Numbered from the stretch's first letter, positions 26,068 through 39,635 are shown. The stretch: 64,000 nucleotides of DNA from Hydrolagus colliei (GCA_035084275.1 CM068748.1:5642001-5706000); one strand, 5' to 3'. The notes: generated by a model not told the origin, from the letters alone. Made by a program: numbers and translations.

Positions 26068-26127
26068 AATAACAACAACAAGATTACACTTGTATAGCGC
26101 CTTTCACATCAGGAGGACGTCCCAAGG
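26068..26127 (-). mobile_element. Isolated L2 3' stem-loop plus (GTT)n tail
   Basis: aacaacaacaagattacacttgtatagcgcctttcacatcaggaggacgtcccaagg. Confidence 0.8.
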
Positions 26128-28710
26128 AGCATTTGCACATGTACCACATACATAATTGTCTCATTTGTGGACATTTCCATGCATTATATTTTGTGGAAAG
26201 CTAAGGTGACTATAATGTATTGGGAGAAATCCATGTGCCTTACCTGGTTATAAGAGCTCAAGGAAGGTTGTCAACTGTTGAATAACACGAGCGTTAAGAT
26301 TTTAGGAATAAAGAATGAGACACATTGAAACCAACTTGAAGGTACAGAGCTATATTTCAGAGCATGAAACACTATCGGATTGGTCCCTAAAAGTGGTGCC
26401 CCTGGATTATCAGCTGGCAGTATTCACAGTGTGAATGTTTACACTTATTTTCTGAAACAAGTGTGTTTCATTCATAAAGAGAGATGCTTTGGCAAACCTT
26501 TTATATATTACTTTATTAAGAGCAGAAAAACAAGGAATACCACACCCTGTTGGTATTCTAGAAGATACAAACTAAAATTAGTTTTGAAATCAATTAAAAT
26601 ATCATTAAAGTTTAACTCAGAAATGTAATTGATTTACATTTAAGGAGTGCTCAGTTTTAAAACTGATTTATGTCCATGGATTACATGTCAGAATTGAGAA
26701 GTTGCAGTTTACACTGTGCTGGACCTCTAGAGAGAGAACATTTATAACATTGCTGTCTCTGTCAGCTTGGGGTTTTACATGCATGTTCATTAGTACTATG
26801 CCAATACCATAGTTCAGTTTGCAACACAGAGCAATTCTTTCAAATGTTTAGGACTGGTCACTTTAAGCCACATCAGTCTATAAAATTGTCTAACCTTTCT
26901 GTGATTTCAGAAATATTAAATTAGTATTTACATTCAAAAACTTAGCTTTTGGGTCCTGTCTGGAGACAGCAGAGGAGAATTGAATAACTTCCTAAATAGA
27001 CCCCGATAGTCCTACCACCTGTGAGCTCAGCCTTTCACCTAAAACCAGGAGGTGAGGGAAGAAGAAGCTGTTCAATCTCATCTTTCAAAACCCACTCAAA
27101 TCTTCCAATTACCGCAGCCAGTTGTTTCTTAAATAAATCTGATTTCCTGTATTATATCACCTTTCCTAGAAACGTGCTTTAGCTGCTATTTTTCCTCTGT
27201 GCGAAGAACACAGCAGTATCAACATTGGTAAAAACAGTTAAAAAAATCCTGACAACCCTCAGCTCTCTGATTCTGCTGCCTTGATATACAGGATACAGCA
27301 CTGCATATAAATAACACTGTACAACAAAACCTGCTTATTTTGAGAAAACACTTTCCTCACTGAGTTACTTTGAAATCAAATGACTATCAAACCAACATCC
27401 CATCTGTACCAACATGTGTGAATGAAAATTAATTTCCTATGTGTGAATATTGGATGAGACAATATTGACCAGCACATTAGAGAAGAGCTTACTTTTTATT
27501 GAAGTAGTGCCATTAAGTCATGTAATCTCCACTTTTACCACCAAAAGAAGCAGCTGGAACCTTGGTTTAATGTCTTGTCGACAACTAATGCAGGGCTTTC
27601 TCAATGCTGCCAAGGAGTGTGAGTTCTGCTATGGGGCTTAAACTCAAAACCTTTGAGATTCAAAAATGTTAAACAAGACAAGCGCAGTAAGATGAAAATA
27701 ATTTTTTTTAAACGAGATATTTTTAGATAGAAACAGCTGAATAACACCCAAATGCTTGTTTTTGAAAGAGTTTTAAGGATTATGAATCGAGTGTAAGAAT
27801 TTTCGGTGAGTCGTGAAACAGTGATTTTTGTTTCATAATTAGGACGGTTATCCAAATTGTAGCTATCTGCAAATTAGTAATGGTTGAGAATGGTCCTTTC
27901 TTCCCTGTGATCCAGTCTCATCCTTGACAAAGTACACAACTCCTGACAGGCAGATCAGCGCTTCCCAGTCTGGTTTTCCTGCACTAACAAGCTAATGCGT
28001 GCTTAGAATATTTGGACATGATTGGTCTTCCTCAGGTTGGAGTCTGAACCTCTCACCATAGTAAATCAATATGGCTAATCGGTTTGTTTGTTTTGTTAAT
28101 GCCTTCAGTGATTGTGAATATATTATGAGGACTGCAACAAAACAACATTTACAATACAAATGGTCTGAACTGTGGAAATAGTCGTTGCCTACATTACACT
28201 TGATCAATTTGGTGGCTGTAATGGGAGTGCTATTTTCAAATTCAAAGCACATGACTGACCGACTGCTGTGCCCTTTTTCGGAGGGTAGACGGCCCTGTCA
28301 CTCCTCAGTTCCATTGTTTTTCTCTCACTCTTTGCTTCATGAGTAATAAATAACCAGGCATCAAGAATATCAGCATACAAATTCAACAGGAATTGATATT
28401 AATAGCAAAGTAGTCGCTAATGTTCAACACTGGCTTTCCATGTATAAGTGGAATTGTTGGGAGTTTGTCCATGATGAATGTTAAGCACTCGAGGGCCTAG
28501 GAAGAAGGAAAGTAAATTAATACTGCGATTACTTTACAATAGTCCCTCTTATAATTCAGTTATAATGGATGAAAAAAGCTTGTGTTTGTTAGAATGGCAT
28601 CATTTCTAAAAGATTCCTTCTGACAGTTACCTTTGTATCTAGGAAGATATTTATCACCCGAGGCAGCTTCTAACTTGCGGCACATTTGCCAACATTTTGG
28701 TATGAACCAG

Positions 28711-28769
28711 ACAACAAACAACAACAACAAATTAAATTTTTATAGCACCTTTCACATCATGAGGATGTC
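28711..28769 (-). mobile_element. Isolated L2 3' tail
   Basis: (AAC)n followed by tatagcacctttcacatcatgaggatgtc. Confidence 0.7.
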
Positions 28770-30389
28770 GAGTGAAACAGGAATCACCTGCCCCCACAAC
28801 GCAGAATCATGATTTCATGCCATAACAGTCTATGCAAGTAACTGCTGGTTCTTCAGTCTATTTCCGATGTTTATTTTCTTGATAGAGAGAACACTACAAA
28901 GGATGAAACTATTGCAGAATTTGCTGTGATAGTGAAGGACTCTATGTTAATAAACCCAGGTCAATATTTTAGGATTCATCAAGGAAGTAAAACAAGAGAT
29001 CATGGGTTCCATAGTTCATTTGACAGACCTGTCCATTCATTAAAAATATGAATGGTGGTACATCAACCAACAGTTTGTTTTAACTGTACAAACTGCCTTT
29101 TTTTTGTCAGCAGATCAGATTGCAGGCAAGTAGAGACTGCGACCACATACATGAGAACAAAGGTGCCATTTTCAGTGTTGGCCTGAATGTGTCTTCCTAA
29201 TGCAGTTCACAATCCCACTTGAGGCACTTTGTTAATCCCCTTGAAGTTCTCATTTGAAACGTTTTAAGGGTTTAAAATAACTGCAGTACATTCCTGAATG
29301 ATGCGGTGGTTGGTTGTTCTCTCCTAGAACCAGGGACACGGCAATGGTTAAACTGTGAGCAATGGAAACAGCTCGGAATAAGGACAATGAGAATTGACAC
29401 ATTTAGCAGAGAAGCCTATTCAGAAGTTAACAATGAGCTAATGATATCTGTGTGTTGAGCAAAACAAACTGCATTCAGAAAAAAATAAACACAGAGACAC
29501 AGAACACTTTGTTCTAGAATATAGTACTAAGATGTTTAACTGTACAGAGTCCAAAATCACTGATCCGAGTGGTTCATAAAAGGTGTGACATTTTCCCTTG
29601 TTGTCTCTTCCCTTTTCTGTGATTTGACCTCAGCAAAGTTCTTAAGCTACCACAGCTTCCAATTATTTTGCTACCTCATTAAAAAATCGGCAATTTGTTT
29701 ATGGCCAAAGCAACTCATGTATTCTTCCATCAAATGACTGAAAGTATCCATCTAAATACAGACAACACTTAAAGAACGCCTTCACTTATTAGTAACGATC
29801 AGAATATCCAAACTGGAACAACTGAAGTGTACTAATTTATATTTTACATTATTGCTTTTCCATTCTATTCAGTTGCTTACTAAAATCACAAACTAATTTA
29901 AATATAGCAATATTCTTGCATTTTGTTTTGCTCATCCAGGTATCTTGACAGGTACAGAAACCTATCACTTTGCTTAAGAGTATCAGAACCAAACTAGGAA
30001 TTCAGCATGTGTGGATTATTTTTGCGTGACATTTTTGAAGTGCCAAATACTATAAGGGCAAAAATGTTTTGAAGCCGTCTGATGAGGATGAAAGAATTTG
30101 AGAAAAGTTTGACCATAGTATATTTGAAGCACGTGTTTGCTTTGCATTGTGCTATGGGACAATAATGGCAGCACAACTATCTTTACACATAGTACTGTTA
30201 AGAGGCAACTCCCAACGTATTCTGTTTGCATAAGTTTAGAGATGGCTTAGTAGTATACATTGCACTGCATTTACAGCCAACTGACAGGTTCCAGATAGAT
30301 TGGATATTGTGGGCAGACAAGTGTTAAGATCAGGTTGGGATCATTGATCTTTCTTTTTGTAGAGGGTTGAGTTGCAACCATTTTCCTCC

Positions 30390-30860
30390 ATTTTGTTTAA
30401 TGACAGAAATGGATTTATGCAATCACAACAGGACACCAAAAGAAAAGTTCAATTTTTAGTCGATAAATTCCAAATTGGGAGCGTATGATGAGTGGAATTT
30501 CTTTAACCAGCTCGGAAATAAAGGAAAAGCTTAAACGTACCAACTCTCATGTGGTTTTGAAACTGATGGCTTTGCATAATTGAACAGAAACAAAACTATA
30601 TTGTAACAATCGACCTTTTAACTTATCTAGCATTCTAATTGGAACTGAGTTGTTTGTTATTACCCATTTAAATGCTCGGTGATTTGGACAGAGAAGCTAT
30701 GTTGGCGTCCAATCGATGGTAAATATCAAACAGCAGTTGGGATTGTTCCTAGTGCACAGACGCTAGTACTACATTAGTAATTTGTCAATAGCCTCATTGA
30801 TTAGACATTAAGGACATTGCTCATGTTATTGTCAATGCTATGTTCATAAGAGAGCATCTC
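30390..30860. promoter_or_regulatory. Candidate conserved non-coding element
   Basis: Repeat-free, CpG-retaining; TGACAG, TTTATG, TTTGCATAAT (POU-like), AACAAT (Sox) and AATCGAT motifs. Conservation not verified. Confidence 0.28.
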
Positions 30861-31350
30861 ACACAAGTTCTTTTATGAAAATTGTTATCTCGCTCTTCAC
30901 TATATCATTATTTTCCTAAACTGTCATCTGACAACATTTTTCCAAGAATGTTTTCATTTGGATTGCACTGCCATGTAATTGGGGGTATTATCAAATATTG
31001 AATTTTCATTCAAAGGCTTTCCTTCCAGACGAAGGTTGTAAACAACTTATTGTAAAATCACATGCCAGAAATAAAATGGTGCATAATGCAAAATTCCAAT
31101 TATTTACTGCAGCAAGTTTCAAACATGTCAATACTTTTCCATCAATTTTTCTTCCTTCTTTTCGAAATACATCGATGTTTTGTCGAGAACAGTTCGTGGT
31201 TTCTGACAGTTCTCTGGTACCGTACTCAAATGGTCATTCTTCATTTATGAGCCTGAACAGTAAGTGTCTCCAGGCTTTTTAGTTAGAATAATAATAATAA
31301 TCATCCTTGCATTTGATATAGTGTTCCCGCTGACACACATAGATATATGT

Positions 31351-31770
31351 AATCCTGTAGCTCAGTGGTTAGAGCACTCGCTTTACAAGCGAGAGACTTG
31401 GGTTCAATTCCAGGCAGGGTGAAACCTGTGGAGTAAGGTAAGTTTCCTTACTCCACATGCCTAATAATAAACACCCCCCAAAAAATAATAAATTGGTAAT
31501 TTCAACCCACGGCTGTGTGTGCGACATTGTTGTGTGCAATTGACTGCCACGTTTCTCCAGCACAATATACAGTCAATTCACTTTATAGCATATTTTGTGA
31601 AGCACTTTGAGACGTCTAGAATAATAATAAAATTTCATTTGATATAGCGCATTTCAAGTCTTCTAGACGTCACAAAGCACTTCACAGAATACACTGCAAA
31701 GTGAATTGTCTATGAATTGACTGATTTATGGGCAAAAACATGAAAAGCGCCATATCAAATGCAAGGATAA
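31351..31770 (+). mobile_element. tRNA-derived SINE interrupted in its 3' stem-loop by an inverted SINE 3' fragment (31621-31737)
   Basis: A-box TAGCTCAGTGG and B-box GGTTCAATTCC. Body runs to gacgtctaga (31620) and resumes at acatgaaaagcgccatatcaaatgcaagg (31738). Confidence 0.9.
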
Positions 31771-31819
31771 CCCAGTCGTTAGTCAATTGGTGGATCGCTT
31801 TTCTGGGGGTAATAATCAC

Positions 31820-32010
31820 TTCCAAAAAAAATTACGAATGATAATTTGGTCACTCAATCTACACCTGTTTGTGGGATATTGTTGTGCACAATTGACTGCT
31901 GTGTTTCACCCAGAAAATATAGTCAATTCACTTTACAACATACCTTGTGAAGCACTTTGAGATGTCTTGAAGACATGATAACATCCTGTATCAAATGCAA
32001 GGAATACTAT
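31820..32010 (+). mobile_element. 5'-truncated SINE copy
   Basis: Core tttgtgggatattgttgtgcacaattgactgc plus 3' end atcaaatgcaagga. Confidence 0.85.
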
Positions 32011-34385
32011 TTTTATATATACGTTACAGGATGGTGGAGGGGACGGGACGTGGCTGAGAACAGCCTGACTCAGCATGGATCACAATAGAATCTACAGCCA
32101 TCAGAGTCAGTGCTGTACTGGGCTGTGGCTTCACCCACTAGTCATTGGGGAGCTTGGTACTATCCTTAGAAATACATGAATGAGCCTCATGTGGCTTAAC
32201 CTTGTGCTAATCTTGTGCTTTTTGGGGAAAATAAAAATATAATGGAACCATTGTTTTAGCTAGTTGTGGTTAATTGATTTTCACAGATTTTGATCAAACT
32301 GAAAGCATTTATTTACACTCCTCACTAAAGTTTCTAATGCATTTAGAAATGAGTGCAGTGTATAGTTTGACACGTAATGATGGACTGTTTCATTGCAATT
32401 AAGAGACTTGGGAAAACTATTTTAGGATATTCTCTTTTTTTTAAATCAATCTCTGTATGAAGTGGAAATCAAGTTTTAAATTGAATTAAAGATGAAGGCC
32501 AATAAAATTAGTTTCTGATAAAAATGAGGCTAAATAGATAATCTATTTTTGAGGGTTATGGAGACCCAATAAAAAATGAAGGGAAAGAATGTTAATATTA
32601 TTTGAAATGGTACATTAGTGATGTAATTACTTCTATGAATAGAGTTATTCAAAGTAACTGATTCATATTACTGAAGTACATGATGGGGGCATGATACAAG
32701 AAGCTATTGTAGTAATACACTATAAATGGTGCACTGTTTTCTAGTCAAAGAAAATGGTAGTGCTCTAACACAGATATTAACATTGATCTTTTTCAAAGGA
32801 TTTGAAGGTTTGAACTTTAAATTGTAATTTAACAATATTAGTGAGTATACAGTACTTGGATATAGATACTTTTTAAAAATATATATAATAATCTGTTCAA
32901 ACTACAAAAGGAATGCATTGTGTACTAAAGTGTCTCAAATAAAGGTGAAACATTGCTGTCTTTAGGAATAAATACAAATATTATTGCAATATTGAAACAC
33001 GTGATATCCTAATACAGTACTGTACATGTTTCAAAAATCCTTTATGGTATCAGAAAGCCGGTGAAAGAATGCTGATTTCAAATCTTACTGTAATCGTCAA
33101 TATGAATTTCCAAGTACACTATAACTTCAACATCCAAGTTCCTCCTCTCCTTTCAAGTAAAATCTGTAAAGAGATGTTTTCTGATCATCTCTGTGAATAG
33201 TTATTCACTTACAGAAATGTGTAACTGGTTCTCAATTAAATCTTTCCTTAAGCATCATGTAAAATTACAATCCTGTTGTAGTTTTGATTTTGCTGCTGTC
33301 CGCAAAGTACGGCTGAAAGGATAATAAAAGCAGTTTCTTGAATCCATTCACCAACAAGCACTACAGCCTTTCCAGATGTTGGGTGATGGATGTGAGGAGA
33401 TTTATGATCAGACTAAATATTATTTTGGTCGTGCACCAGTTTGAAATGAGAGAAAATGACCAGAAACCTTTGGTCATTCAAAAAAGGTAGGGATGGTTGT
33501 TAACCAGAACAAAGTAATGAAATAAAATAAATAACTGCATTTTTTGAACACAGAAATTAGAGGTAAATGGGCTTCTAGCCTGAAGCAATAAAAGTGAAAT
33601 TGAAAAAAATAATTATTACATTCAATTTACAGTCATGTAATTTCCATAATTATTACATTTGTATTTATAATAGTACTCCATGCCCTCACCAGTGCACAAT
33701 ATATGTAAGGATTGTGGATTGGTCATGCATACAAAATGCATCTTAAATTAATTATTTTTCATTTGCCAGCCATATTTCTTCTAATGTATTTTAAGATAAT
33801 GAGATGATGGTATTGGTTACCTAATAATTTCAGACAACAAAAGAATAAATAACAAAAATATAAGCTTAATTGCCATGAGAAATCCCTGTGGATACAGACT
33901 TGGAGTTTTGGACTGTGCATTATCGTAAGTAGTGAACTTTGATGCAATTAGTGATGAAGATAATAGATCTAATATAAAAGCTTTATGATCCACTAAAAGG
34001 TTGGAGTAATCTACTGAAAACGATTTAATGAACCAAGCTTGCCGAACACTATTCTGTTCTTTTGAAGCTACATTTCTACCTGCCCAATGAAGACATGGAT
34101 GGTCTAAACCATTGGTTATCTGTTATGGCTGTCCATTTCAGAGCCTTTCCTTTGCTCAAAAGCCATTAATCAACGTAAAACAAACCAAAGTAAGGTACTG
34201 TTGTACTGATTAATTACAATAAAAAAGTGTTTCTTCATTAAGTCATTTATTATTAAATTAAGTTATTAACTTTTCAGATGTGGCATTGTAAGTCCTGAAA
34301 CAATGACCCTCAATCCACAGATCTTCTTTGGATTCTGCAACAATGTAGAAACACTGAACCCATGTGATGCAGGGTCTACCATACA

Positions 34386-34453
34386 TAACAACAACGACAA
34401 CAAAATTGCACTTGTATAGTGCCTTTCAAGTCGGGAGGACGTCCCAAAGCGCT
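34386..34453 (-). mobile_element. Isolated L2 3' stem-loop plus (GTT)n tail
   Basis: aacaacaacgacaac...gcctttcaagtcgggaggacgtcccaaagcgct. Confidence 0.8.
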
Positions 34454-37400
34454 GAACAGTCAGGTCATGACCTGAGTAGATAACAATCTATTGTTAGAAT
34501 GCTGAGTTCAAGTTGTGCTTCCTCTCCAATAAGTCTCCAATAAGCAATTGGTGCATTGCTTAGAAATGTTGAGAACTATTCCCTTCTCAGTGCTATGTTT
34601 CAGCTCTGCAGTAACCCACCATGTCAGCCTGGGAATTGGTATTCAGCTGGATAATAGAAATCCGTCAGGTGTCATAGGTGAGAAAATATTTGCTGAGGTT
34701 TAGACTCCTTCTGATTCATGTCCACAGTCGACCCAGGCAATCACGGGCTGAAAAATATAAACAAAAATAAGAATGTACTTTAAGAGGTGATAATAATAGT
34801 ACGTAGAAGTTTATTTAAATTGTATTTATTTTAGTGATATTTAGTTTATCAAAATAAGGGATGTTAGTGTTCTTCCTTTGCCCCACAAATCAATATTTTT
34901 TCCGCCTTCCACACCAGACAATATTCTGACCTCTTTGAATGAGGTTTTCAATTTAGTGCTAGTTTCTTCCAAACTTTGGAAACTAGTTGAGACTGTCTAA
35001 ACTCATGTAGGATGGAAACAGCCATCATAAAGAGAAGACTTTTATCAGAGTTTGCTAATCCACTTCTTCCTGTAGTCCCATAATAGAATTTAAAAAAAAA
35101 ACGTATTTCAGATGGGTATTGCTTAATAAAGATAGTCCTCTTGCCCTCTCCTGTAATGTGCAATATTATTTTAAAGATTGGGCTTTTTGAAAGCCATTTA
35201 TAAAGATTATTTTCATAAGTGAACCAAATATGATGGCTTGCTGTGGTGCCTTTTTTGTGAATCCTAAAGGTTCTGGGCTGTGGAGTTTAACTATATGTGA
35301 GATATGGCAATATTATGAAGATGTGCACATTGACTCCCAGACTTGCTACAAAATTTAGTTTTGAACGCCCTGATGAAAATAAACTAACTAATCAGATTGT
35401 GTTTATTTAATTTTAAAGTGAAAAAGATTGATGGAGCAAATAGTACAGTACTTAACCTTTTTAACCTAAGAGAAAATAGCATCATACATTAGTTCATATT
35501 ATAAATGATAAATATCTTCAAACCTGAAAAAATAAAAACAAATTTAACGGGATACTTTCATTGATCATGAAAATCAATATTATGTACTGTACTAGAATGA
35601 TTATACCTTTTTAAGATGCATGTACGTGTTGTTATCATGCACGGATAACTGTTGTTTGAATTTTTATATGTTTAGTTGACAAAAGGATATGAATCTAAAA
35701 AGACTAGGAGGACAATTCTTCCCCATTTGGTCCGATTTCACAAAATCAGTGTTCATTTGTTGTTTCCTGCACCACAAAGGATGTTTCAAAAAAGTACAAC
35801 ATCGCCCCCCAAATAGGCAGAATTCGTGAGAAATTTACTGCAAAAAATGAAAGAAAGACTCAAAACAATTTAAATTTGTTTCATTTTATTCCATACATAG
35901 GCCTTCAGACATAAGCACCAAAAAACCTTAACTGCCACGGTGCTGTGACTATCTCTTGGTCATTTTCTGTCAACATGACGGTGTCTGGCAGCCAATTAAA
36001 ACCTCATGAGATTCAATAGACATATTGAGGCATGACACAGGTGTTAACACTGAGCAAATCACCAAGGCAATATGTGAGATTCACTCAAATGTTTTGCATA
36101 AGTTTTGGTAACTACCCGTTTCTGCTGCGATCACACAAGTGTTGCTTAATAGCGTGCTGTTACCCTAAGCTGGGCTCCACAAAATAAGTTTTGTCAAATT
36201 TTAATCGGTACTGTATTGTGATTATTTCCATTTGATGCAACGTATGTGTGGCATACAGTTTGATGTGCCAACCTCCGCTGGGATATGAACTCCCAAAAAC
36301 AAAAGGTATCTTTCAAAGTAAAAATAAAATTCTGTAAGTTCATTCTATATTCTTATGTCCTTGCATTACCCTTTTTTTGGGGGAAAATATAGACCACATG
36401 TTAAAGCAAGCTCCGTACAAATCTGTGCCACAGAATGACTTCTTGTGTCTTAAATTGTCAAACAAAAATCCCCATCAATATCTCCTCTAATTAGGAGATG
36501 TGTAATTGGGGAATATGACAGAGTTCAATTGCGCTATGTACTGTCTGCCAGGTCCCATAGTGTATGCTTTATAAAATGCTCTTCAATTCAGGAGCAGAAT
36601 ATCATTAACTTTGCAAGTGGATGAACACAATGGACATGCAATTTAATTAACTTCTAACATTGTATGTTCGAAGGTAGACAAAATGAAATTATGCACATAT
36701 TTCTCAATAATGCAGGCAACCTTGAAAGGGCTCGATTGGGGCAGGTCAAACTGTGCTACCGCTTTGTCCAATTATTTCATATTTACTTGAACTCTAATTT
36801 TTTAAACTTCTGTAGTTTATAAATCAATCATGGTTTAAACGTATGACATTTACAAAGATTCTCAAAAACATTAAGCAGCTCAGTATGGGTTCTGGCTTGC
36901 TAACTTACCATGATACCCTCCTGTATGAACATGACCCCAGTACTATTAAATTAAATTGGCAATAGAATTAGATCGATATTTGACATCCCTTGACAGAAAA
37001 TACACAAGAACCCAAGAGATGCTGCAATGTTTTAGAAACCGAGTATCTCATTCTATTATTAGGTTCAGTTTGGAAAAATGCTGCACTCGGTGGACCTCAC
37101 ACGGCAGAATGCAATGGTTGTTTAATAGTATGTACCTTGTCTGATAAGCTTAATTCAGTGAATGATAAATAGCTTGCAACCTACCTTTTTGCAAATAAAA
37201 AGTGACGGAATTACATAAATGTGAGCTATGGCGAAGTCATACCTTCCCCCAAGTTAATAATACACACCACAGCTCAATCTTTGGCATGTAATTATGGAAA
37301 TAGTTTATCAAGTGAACTGTGTGCACAGTTGAAAAACATTCTTGAGCACATCCTTGAGCTGTGTGCCTTTTTAAAATCATAGTCAATACTGACTCTATAA

Positions 37401-37867
37401 TAATAATAATCTCCCATCATCATTAATATCTGAATAATTGCTTAACTATTTGTGCTTAGTTGTAATTTATTTTACAATCATGTATTTGCTGTAGGTCCCC
37501 TGGTATTGATGTTGTTCTTAGCTTGACATAATTGGGGCTAACTCTAAACATTTTCAGAGTTTTCTTTTGAAAATCTGTATGTTTGGGGTTTGGCATGGGC
37601 AAAACTGTACATAACCAGTTAAGGCTCTTGTGACATTATTTTATATCTTACATTGAATTGAAATACTGGAATTTTCACTGGATATAACAAATTCTTCATT
37701 TCTTATAGCAGTGTGAGTTCATAATGTGACCATACTCTTTCCTAGAAAATATTTTGGCAGTATTTGCCTTGTTATGTTTGTTAAAAATCTTGTTTATCAT
37801 TGTAAATGTTTGGGTCAATTTGAAGCATGGTGTGCTCTTAACAGCAGTGATGAGATTTGTGAAATTA

Positions 37868-38081
37868 CAGTAAAAGCCTGTTTATCCTGCACCCGATCAA
37901 CCGCAACGTCCGTATAATCGCTCTTCAAAAATGTCTGTATTCGATTAACCGGAATTTTTCTGGAAAAATGCATTTAAAAATTAAAAAAATATATTTTTTG
38001 CGTTTTTATCTGAATATCCGGCACACGCTTTAACCGGAATTGGGTAGGTCCCAAGGGTGCCGGATAAACTTGTTTTTACTC
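37868..38081. mobile_element. Tigger/pogo-like (Tc1/mariner) MITE, 214 bp, TA target duplication
   Basis: TA|cagtaaaagcctgtttatcctgcaccc ... gggtgccggataaacttgtttttactc|TA; internal taaccggaat repeats. Confidence 0.85.
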
Positions 38082-38223
38082 TACATGGAATTTAAAAAGC
38101 AAAAACTTCTTCACTTTGAAGTGACTACTAACCCTAATTGGACAGTCGTAAGTTGCAAATGAAATGTTTGCCCTCTGCATAAGTTCTGCCAGTTCTGAGG
38201 TTGACTTTTTGCGGAATCAAGAG

Positions 38224-38291
38224 GTGAGTGCGCTCTGAGACGCTGTCCGGCGTGGAGGGCGCTTTATCAATTTGAGTTGTTGTTGTTGTTG
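38224..38291 (+). mobile_element. Isolated L2 3' stem-loop (second family) plus (GTT)n tail
   Basis: gcgctctgagacgctgtccggcgtggagggcgct...gttgttgttgttgttg. Confidence 0.8.
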
Positions 38292-39130
38292 GGTGGATGG
38301 TTCCTCTGATGCATCGTTCCAGTTAGCAAGTGGCATTAATAGCTGTTACGCAGAACCATGATCCCAGATTGTTCTGCCATTACCCCTTGGCAAGGAATAG
38401 TGAGAGAGATAAATAAAACCCATTGCAACCAGTGAATCTTAGCTAACCTCCAAGCAGTGTGGATTCTGGTCTCCTAACAGATTTGATTGCAATGTATGAG
38501 GACCAGGTGAACAAAAGCCAGATAAGATATGCTTTTCTATGGTAAAACATCATGTTTATTGTGTTTATTTCTGCCTACAGTTAACTGCAATTATTCATTT
38601 TATTCCCATGGGTCCTAGTCAGAAGTTAATAGATGCATTTTACTAATGGAAAATTAAGTAGAGCCACTGACAGTTAGGTTTATAAATATGTAAAATATAG
38701 TTTTAATTATTTCAAGTGAAAATGGCAGGAAATCAATAAAGCAAGACGTGACAAACATACAATTGACATGCACTATTGTTAAAAGATAAAGACTTCCTGT
38801 CAGCAGTGGGGGGGTTTCAAATTAATATTCTTTGATTGTGAATTGTAATCCATTTCTCATTAGTAAGATATAAGAAGAGATGCAGATCAACACGAGCTTA
38901 ATTCCTCCCAATTTGTTCGAACTTTTAAATATTTGTGCATTTTACATGTCAAATGTTTCGCTGAATTTATGAAATTTAAAATGTACAGCTATACACCATA
39001 TATTATAAAATATTGAATAGTATATTTATCCTGTTCATTGAGTTAGTTATAGATCACTGGAGGTTTGGGTATATTATTTCATCTGAAAGATGAAGTTAAA
39101 TTGCTTATAATAGGGTGAGTTTCAATTTTT

Positions 39131-39480
39131 TGCACGACCTTGCTCCTTCCCACCTCTATGATTTCCTAACCCCATAGTAACCTGTCCACTCCCTCCGCTC
39201 AGCAGGCTCTGGCCTGTTCCATGTGCCCGCCTGGATCACCCCACGATTGGCGGTCAAGCATTCAGCCTCTCTGCCCCCACTCTTTGGAATTCCATCCCAT
39301 AGTCCCTTCACCTTGCTCTCTCCCTTGCCTCGTTTAAGGCACGTCTCGAGGTCCTCCTCTTCGACCATGCCTTTGGTTACCCTCCTAACCCTACCCTACC
39401 TGCCCTCTACCCCTCCTGATCCTAATCCCCAGATCAGGTCCAAAACCCTGACAGTCGAGCGCCTTGGGGACGTCCTCCCC
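39131..39480 (+). mobile_element. L2 LINE 3' fragment
   Basis: LAPSHLYDFLTP...AFSLSAPTLWNSIP-like ORF2 end; stops inside the 3' stem-loop (gcgccttggggacgtcctcc). Confidence 0.85.
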
Positions 39481-39486
39481 AAGCCA

Positions 39487-39635
39487 TACGAGTGTTGGTA
39501 TGCTATTCAAAGATTCACCAAGCTGATTTTACTACAACTATCAGTGGTAATTCAGGGAATTAGATTTGAATTGTAATACCCAGCCGATGTTCTTTGAAGG
39601 ATCCACTTCTACTGCCATCCTGGTTGGAAAGTGAG
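39487..39635 (+). repeat. Local direct duplication, copy 1 (partner 40662-40820)
   Basis: Shared blocks ctgattttact, tcagtggtaattcaggga, tagatttgaattgtaatacc, actgccatcctgg and ttggaaagtgag. Confidence 0.9.

Noticed and set aside
1671-29032. Shared 12-mer TGACAGACCTGT at 1671 and 29021
   Set aside because: Repeated 12-mers are expected by chance many times in 64 kb.
31351-31421. tRNA-like cloverleaf with TAC anticodon (apparent tRNA-Val)
   Set aside because: It is the head of a multi-copy SINE: it continues into the SINE body, has an irregular T-arm, and its D-arm is unlike vertebrate tRNA-Val. The same applies to the heads near 8900, 15300 and 23220.
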